A stretch of DNA of 64,000 nucleotides from Candidatus Enteromonas sp. (lineage in GTDB: Bacteria; Bacillota_I; Bacilli_A; RFN20; CAG-826). The DNA lies in NCBI GenBank assembly GCA_034089705.1, contig JAXDTZ010000009.1, positions 135,046 to 199,045 of the forward strand. The letters are read 5' to 3'. Both the position numbers and the translations under genes were made by a program. This document shows positions 59,970-64,000 of the stretch, piece after piece. A model generated the notes under the pieces. It saw nothing but the letters and a program-made list of their open reading frames with translations. It was not told where the DNA came from and did no database searches. How positions within the stretch are numbered: position 1 is the first letter of the stretch; the number at the start of each line of letters is the position of its first letter.

Positions 59970-61405
59970 CACTCCTCCTCGCCGAAGGCTTCTAACCCCT
60001 TCGCGATCTTGGTTTTCGAGGTTTTGACGTTTTTCACAAACAGGAATATGGCGGCGGAAACGACGGTCATGACGAGGCCGTAGATGGGGAGGATCTCCCA
60101 AGAGAACTCTGGGATGAGCATTAAGGAGCCAAGGGCGATCGGGGTGATGGTTTGGGCTCCCATCGACGCGGCGTAGTAATACCCGGTGAAGGCGCCGATC
60201 TTCTTTTTGGAGCAAAGTTCGACGACCATCGGGAAGGAATTGATGTGGACGAGGGACATCCCGAATCCCTTGAGGAGGAAAATCGCGTAGATGTAAGGAG
60301 GGAAAACCCCGCTTCCCGCGGAGGGGATGGCGAAGGTGAGGATGGCCCAAAGGGCGTAGGAGAAAATCGAAAGGAACAAGCCTCCCGAGACGGTCCATTT
60401 CCGCCCAATCTTCCCGGCGATGATCCCCCCTAATGCGAAGCCAAGCACGGAGCCGACCCCGCCGGCTATGGTGTTGATCATCGAGTTGCGGCTCGAGCAA
60501 CCGAGGTAATAGATGGCGAAGTTGCCCATGAAGGTGCCGATCGCGTTGTCCGCCATAAACCAGAAGAATTCGGCCACGAGGATGAAGATGAGCATGCGGA
60601 GGTTGGCTTTGGTAAGCGGGGCGTCGTCGTCGGTGATGCGGTCTTCGATTTCCGCCACTTTTTCGCCCCGGTCGAGTTCTTCGTGGAGTTCGACGGCGAG
60701 ACGGTTCTCGTTAATGGAAAAGAACAAAACGAGGGCGCTGATGATCATGAAGAGGCTCGCGACCAAGAAGGGGGCTTCAATCGCCCAAATATTTTGGTAG
60801 GCCCAGGTGGCTCCTTCAGGCCCGGGGCGGAGGAAGTCGCTTAAGACGAAGATCATGCCAAGCAAAGTGGCGACGAACCCTCCGACGTAACCCATGATGT
60901 TGATGATGCCGTTGGCCTTGGAACGGAGGGGTTTGGGGGTGATGTCCGGCATGAGGGCGACCGCGGGGTTGCGGTACATCATCCCGGAGATGAGCACGAT
61001 GGCCATGACGGCGATCATGCCACCGAGCTGGTTGAAATAGAAGAGAAGGGGGATGAAGGGAAGGGCGACCGCACAAAGGAAGGTGCCGACTAAAATGAAG
61101 GGCATGCGCTTCCCGATTTTGGTGTGGGTGCGATCGCTCAATTTCCCGAATATCGGCATGAGGATGAGGGCCGCGAGGTTATCGAGGGCCATCATGATGC
61201 CGACGAGGTATTGGACGTCGCTGTTATCCTCAGTCGGAACCTTACCCATTGCCTTGCAAAAGAGCTCGGTGAGGAAGGTGGGGCACCAGGAATCGTAAAT
61301 CTGCCACATGAGCAGGATGCCGAAGAAGGCAAAGCCGATGAGCATTGTCCGTTTAACGTTTAAACGAAACGGCGCGGATTCGGCGCGGGGGGTTTCTTTT
61401 TCCAT
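59969..61405 (-). CDS. MFS transporter (GPH/sugar-cation symporter-like)
   Basis: 12 predicted TM helices. 478 aa. Confidence 0.8.
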   Translation of the reverse strand: MEKETPRAESAPFRLNVKRTMLIGFAFFGILLMWQIYDSWCPTFLTELFCKAMGKVPTEDNSDVQYLVGIMMALDNLAALILMPIFGKLSDRTHTKIGKRMPFILVGTFLCAVALPFIPLLFYFNQLGGMIAVMAIVLISGMMYRNPAVALMPDITPKPLRSKANGIINIMGYVGGFVATLLGMIFVLSDFLRPGPEGATWAYQNIWAIEAPFLVASLFMIISALVLFFSINENRLAVELHEELDRGEKVAEIEDRITDDDAPLTKANLRMLIFILVAEFFWFMADNAIGTFMGNFAIYYLGCSSRNSMINTIAGGVGSVLGFALGGIIAGKIGRKWTVSGGLFLSIFSYALWAILTFAIPSAGSGVFPPYIYAIFLLKGFGMSLVHINSFPMVVELCSKKKIGAFTGYYYAASMGAQTITPIALGSLMLIPEFSWEILPIYGLVMTVVSAAIFLFVKNVKTSKTKIAKGLEAFGEEE

Positions 61406-61470
61406 GTTCGTAGTCCTTTGGATTGGGTTTATAGTAACCCGAAGCCAAGAAAATTGCCACCATCTTTGAA

Positions 61471-61511
61471 TAAAAAGACCCCCGCGTGACGGCTCGCGGA
61501 GGGAGAAAAAA
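61471..61511. terminator. Bidirectional terminator (CCCCCGCG-tgacggct-CGCGGAGGG with A5/A6 flanks)
   Basis: A hairpin 22 nt after the XRE gene stop. Confidence 0.6.
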
Positions 61512-61532
61512 CAGGGAGTACTAAGACCTGTC

Positions 61533-62396
61533 TTATTCTTCGGTCTCTATCGCGTCCTCAAGATGGACGTTGACCTTAGGAGAATGGATCCGCTTATCGA
61601 TCGCGGAGGCAATAGGATAATACACCGGAATGAGGAGAAAGAGAACCCACCAAGGGTGCCAAGTGGGCATGGCCCAGCCATAGGCGGTGGAGACGATGCC
61701 TAACCCAACATAGATTCCGGCGATGAGGACGGGGAGGGCGAAGGGTGAGAAGCGTTTCTTGCGGATGCATTCGTAGAGGCTTCCTAGCGCGATCGCGTAG
61801 AGGAAGAGGGTCCATCCGCAGGCCCAGCCGACGTTGCCCGGCTCTTTCCAGAAGAAGCCAAGCAGGATGTAGCCGATGGCGGCGAGCAGCATCAAGGTGG
61901 GCCAAACGATCTCGTCGAGGAAGGTGGATTTCTTCTTGGGACGGAAATGGGGGGTGTGGACTCCCGAAGCGTCGACGTCGACGCGCTCCCCCTTCACGGG
62001 GTCGTGGACGTGGATGCCCGAGGCGTCGATGTGGACGGTCGTCCCGTCTTCGTCCTCGACGTGGATTCCCGAGAAATCGATGTGGACGGTGTCCTTCCTC
62101 TCCCCTTTCCGAGGTTCTTCGGGTTTGGGGTCTTCTTGGGGCTCTTCGGGCTTGGTCGCCTCCTTGGTGTCGCGGACGATGTCTTCGAGGGGTTCCTCCG
62201 TGTTGAGCAAATCATCTAAGGATACCCCGTATATGCGGGCGAGGCAGATGAGGTTGTCGGTGTCGGGGGAGGCTTCCGCGCGTTCCCATTTGGAGACGGC
62301 TTGGCGGGAGAGGCCGAGCTTCTCGGCGAGCTGTTCTTGGGAGAGGCCTTTTTGCTTCCGTAATTGCGCGAGGCGGTTGGCGATTTCAATGTTCAT
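61533..62396 (-). CDS. XRE-family HTH regulator fused to an acidic linker, a 3x [VHIDASGIHV] repeat and a C-terminal 4-TM membrane domain
   Basis: HTH (LSQEQLAEKLGLSRQAVSKWERAE). Repeats are VHIDFSGIHVED / VHIDASGIHVHD / VDVDASGVHTPH. TM helices run from PTLMLLAAIGYILLGFFW onward. Confidence 0.8.
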   Translation of the reverse strand: MNIEIANRLAQLRKQKGLSQEQLAEKLGLSRQAVSKWERAEASPDTDNLICLARIYGVSLDDLLNTEEPLEDIVRDTKEATKPEEPQEDPKPEEPRKGERKDTVHIDFSGIHVEDEDGTTVHIDASGIHVHDPVKGERVDVDASGVHTPHFRPKKKSTFLDEIVWPTLMLLAAIGYILLGFFWKEPGNVGWACGWTLFLYAIALGSLYECIRKKRFSPFALPVLIAGIYVGLGIVSTAYGWAMPTWHPWWVLFLLIPVYYPIASAIDKRIHSPKVNVHLEDAIETEE

Positions 62397-62473
62397 TGGG
62401 ATGGCTCCTTTGCTTACGTCACTAGTTTACGGTTGCGGGAGAGATTCCCTCTACCAACTTTGCTTTTCGGAAG

Positions 62474-62492
62474 TGGCAACTTTTGGTTGCCA
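62474..62492. promoter_or_regulatory. Perfect palindrome TGGCAAC-ttttg-GTTGCCA, a candidate operator, in the XRE / membrane-protein intergenic region
   Basis: A 7-bp perfect inverted repeat 78 nt upstream of the XRE ATG. Confidence 0.5.
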
Positions 62493-62522
62493 ATTGCATA
62501 TTTTGCATGGATTTCTATTATT

Positions 62523-64000
62523 CTAGCGCAATTTGGTCATTTCCATTGCCTTAATTCTTTGTTTTTCTTCTTTGACGAGCCTTGGGGGAATCGAAGCGAA
62601 ATACCGGGCCGTTTTGGCCTTCCCCGAGAAGGCGAAGAGGATTCGGGAAAGCCGCATCTCGAAGCGTTCCCCCATGCGGTTAAGGGGATAGAGGCAATGG
62701 CGGTGGACCGTCTCTAGCCCCAGGGAGAAAAGAAGGGAGAAAAGTCCGAGGAATGCCAAGACGAGGGAAAGATAACGGGAATGGTTGGCCGCGATTGCCC
62801 CGTCGAAGAGGTGGCAAAGGAGATTGGAGGCGATGAGGGGCAATAAATAGGGGGCGAAGGATTTCCAAAACAAGGAGGGGTGCTTTCCCTTTCTGGCGTT
62901 TCTAGAAAAACTCCCGATCCATATGGGCATGACGAGGGACAATGGGGAAATCAATAAGGACAAAGTCCCGTCCAGGAAAATCGGGACCACCAAGGAGATA
63001 GAGGCGAAAAGGACGAGGAAAAACCCGTAGACGCCCCTCTTCTTTTGGAGGAAGGAAAGGCAATAGAAGGCGTAAGGGAGCAAGAAGAAATTCAAAATGA
63101 CCGAAAGATAGAACCCCCGGTTCAAAAGGAGGTCGATCGAATAATGGAACCCGAGGGAAACCCCAGCGCAAGAGAAGGCGAAAAGGAAGGGGGATAGCCA
63201 AAATAACGTGAGCCCGATCTTCCTCCAAGACGGGACTTCGTAACGGACTTTCGGGAGAGGGGAAGAATGGATCAAGAATTCCCTTTCTTGTTCGGCGACC
63301 CCCGAAACGTCGCGATACCGAATCGAAAGCAAAGGGAACAAGGAGATGAGGCTTAAGGCCATCGCTTTGGCGTCCATGAGGAAGAAATCGGTGGTCTCGG
63401 TGATCGAATGGCATAAGAAAACCGCGGTGATCAGCAAATAGGTGACGCTTAAGTGGTTCTGCTTTTGGATGGAAAGGACGAGGGAAACGAAGAAATAGAG
63501 CAACAAGACGGCGAATAACACGGATCCGGCGATCCCCGAACGGCAGAACACGTCGATGAGCCCGTTATGGGTGGGGAAGGTGCGCCCCACCGCATCGAAT
63601 TCGAGGGTATAGACGTAATAATTGATGTTTCGGAAGCCAAGGCCGAACCAGAGTTTGCTGGGGGAATCCAAAGAAGCGAGGCAATGCTCCCAGGAATCGA
63701 TGCGCGTTTGGAAGGTCCCGAATTTCCCAAGGGCCTCGAAGAAGTTCTTGGTCCCCGCGGCCAAATTCCCCGTCCAGTCGAACCAGGAAGTGAAATTGAG
63801 CAGCAAGACGAACGTCGCGGCGAGGAGACTGAAGACCAAGGCGAGGATGTTTCGGATTTTATGCCGGGGCAAGGTCAAAACGAACCGGTAGATGCTATAA
63901 ACCCCGATGAAAGCCGTCCCTAGGAGGATGGACGTCTTCGAAAGGGTGAAAAACAAAAACAAGGCAAAGAGCAAGACAAAGGGCAGATAGAGGAAACGGG
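62523..64000 (-). CDS. O-antigen ligase/polymerase-like (Wzy/WaaL-family) polytopic membrane protein; N-terminus continues beyond the window
   Basis: More than 10 TM helices. The periplasmic-loop motif HNGLIDVFCRSGIAGSVLF resembles the O-antigen ligase signature. The frame stays open to base 64000. Confidence 0.55.
   Translation of the reverse strand, partial: RFLYLPFVLLFALFLFFTLSKTSILLGTAFIGVYSIYRFVLTLPRHKIRNILALVFSLLAATFVLLLNFTSWFDWTGNLAAGTKNFFEALGKFGTFQTRIDSWEHCLASLDSPSKLWFGLGFRNINYYVYTLEFDAVGRTFPTHNGLIDVFCRSGIAGSVLFAVLLLYFFVSLVLSIQKQNHLSVTYLLITAVFLCHSITETTDFFLMDAKAMALSLISLFPLLSIRYRDVSGVAEQEREFLIHSSPLPKVRYEVPSWRKIGLTLFWLSPFLFAFSCAGVSLGFHYSIDLLLNRGFYLSVILNFFLLPYAFYCLSFLQKKRGVYGFFLVLFASISLVVPIFLDGTLSLLISPLSLVMPIWIGSFSRNARKGKHPSLFWKSFAPYLLPLIASNLLCHLFDGAIAANHSRYLSLVLAFLGLFSLLFSLGLETVHRHCLYPLNRMGERFEMRLSRILFAFSGKAKTARYFASIPPRLVKEEKQRIKAMEMTKLR

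Overview
This 64 kb window is a high-GC (roughly 58%) chromosomal segment whose gene order follows the Bacillus subtilis 'yt' region, but with shorter intergenic regions. The conserved core is: glgB (partial) | ackA-nrnA | dnaE-polA-mutM::coaE | dnaI-dnaB(DnaD-like) | pfkA-pyk | PAP2 | eno | T-box-thrS | ogt | infC-rpmI-rplT | patB-DUF3737-thiI-iscS | ezrA | rpsD | tyrS | groES-groEL (CIRCE) | Fe-ADH | LacI/CcpA-like | trmB | pepV | tRNA-Thr | rimO | malQ | gal operon (galM-galK) | MFS | XRE | O-antigen-ligase-like. I found no rRNA, CRISPR array, transposase or integrase. The spurious GC-rich antisense ORFs reach several hundred aa and should be ignored. The parts that break synteny and look accessory are these. 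(1) A lower-GC island (1500-3400) encodes a cell-surface protein with two starch-binding (CBM25/26-like) modules and a cre-like site in its promoter. (2) Two tandem paralogous ~800-aa lipoproteins with flanking Big_2 Ig-like domains lie between groES and the ADH gene; their promoter/5'UTR is duplicated too, and one copy carries a 75-bp intragenic duplication. (3) A divergent cluster holds a Fic-like protein with a degenerate HPFxDGNGR motif, a small membrane protein, and a lipoprotein endonuclease-I whose N-domain shares an 'IQAIE[FV]YS' motif with the Big_2 lipoproteins. (4) A two-gene operon encodes an orphan OmpR-type response regulator (receiver-domain Lys lost; likely leaderless mRNA) and a small GNAT. 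(5) A multi-TM XRE regulator with a triple 'HIDASGIHV' repeat has a perfect palindrome operator and sits next to a Wzy/WaaL-like membrane protein. Other notable points: an Fpg-CoaE fusion; dnaE-polA-mutM translational coupling; DnaI with Walker-A Lys→Arg; twin 17-bp DnaA-box-like direct repeats in the dnaB/pfkA divergent region; an unexplained ~500 bp AT-rich non-coding stretch upstream of the thrS T-box. My hand-derived positions may be off by about one base against the ORF track.
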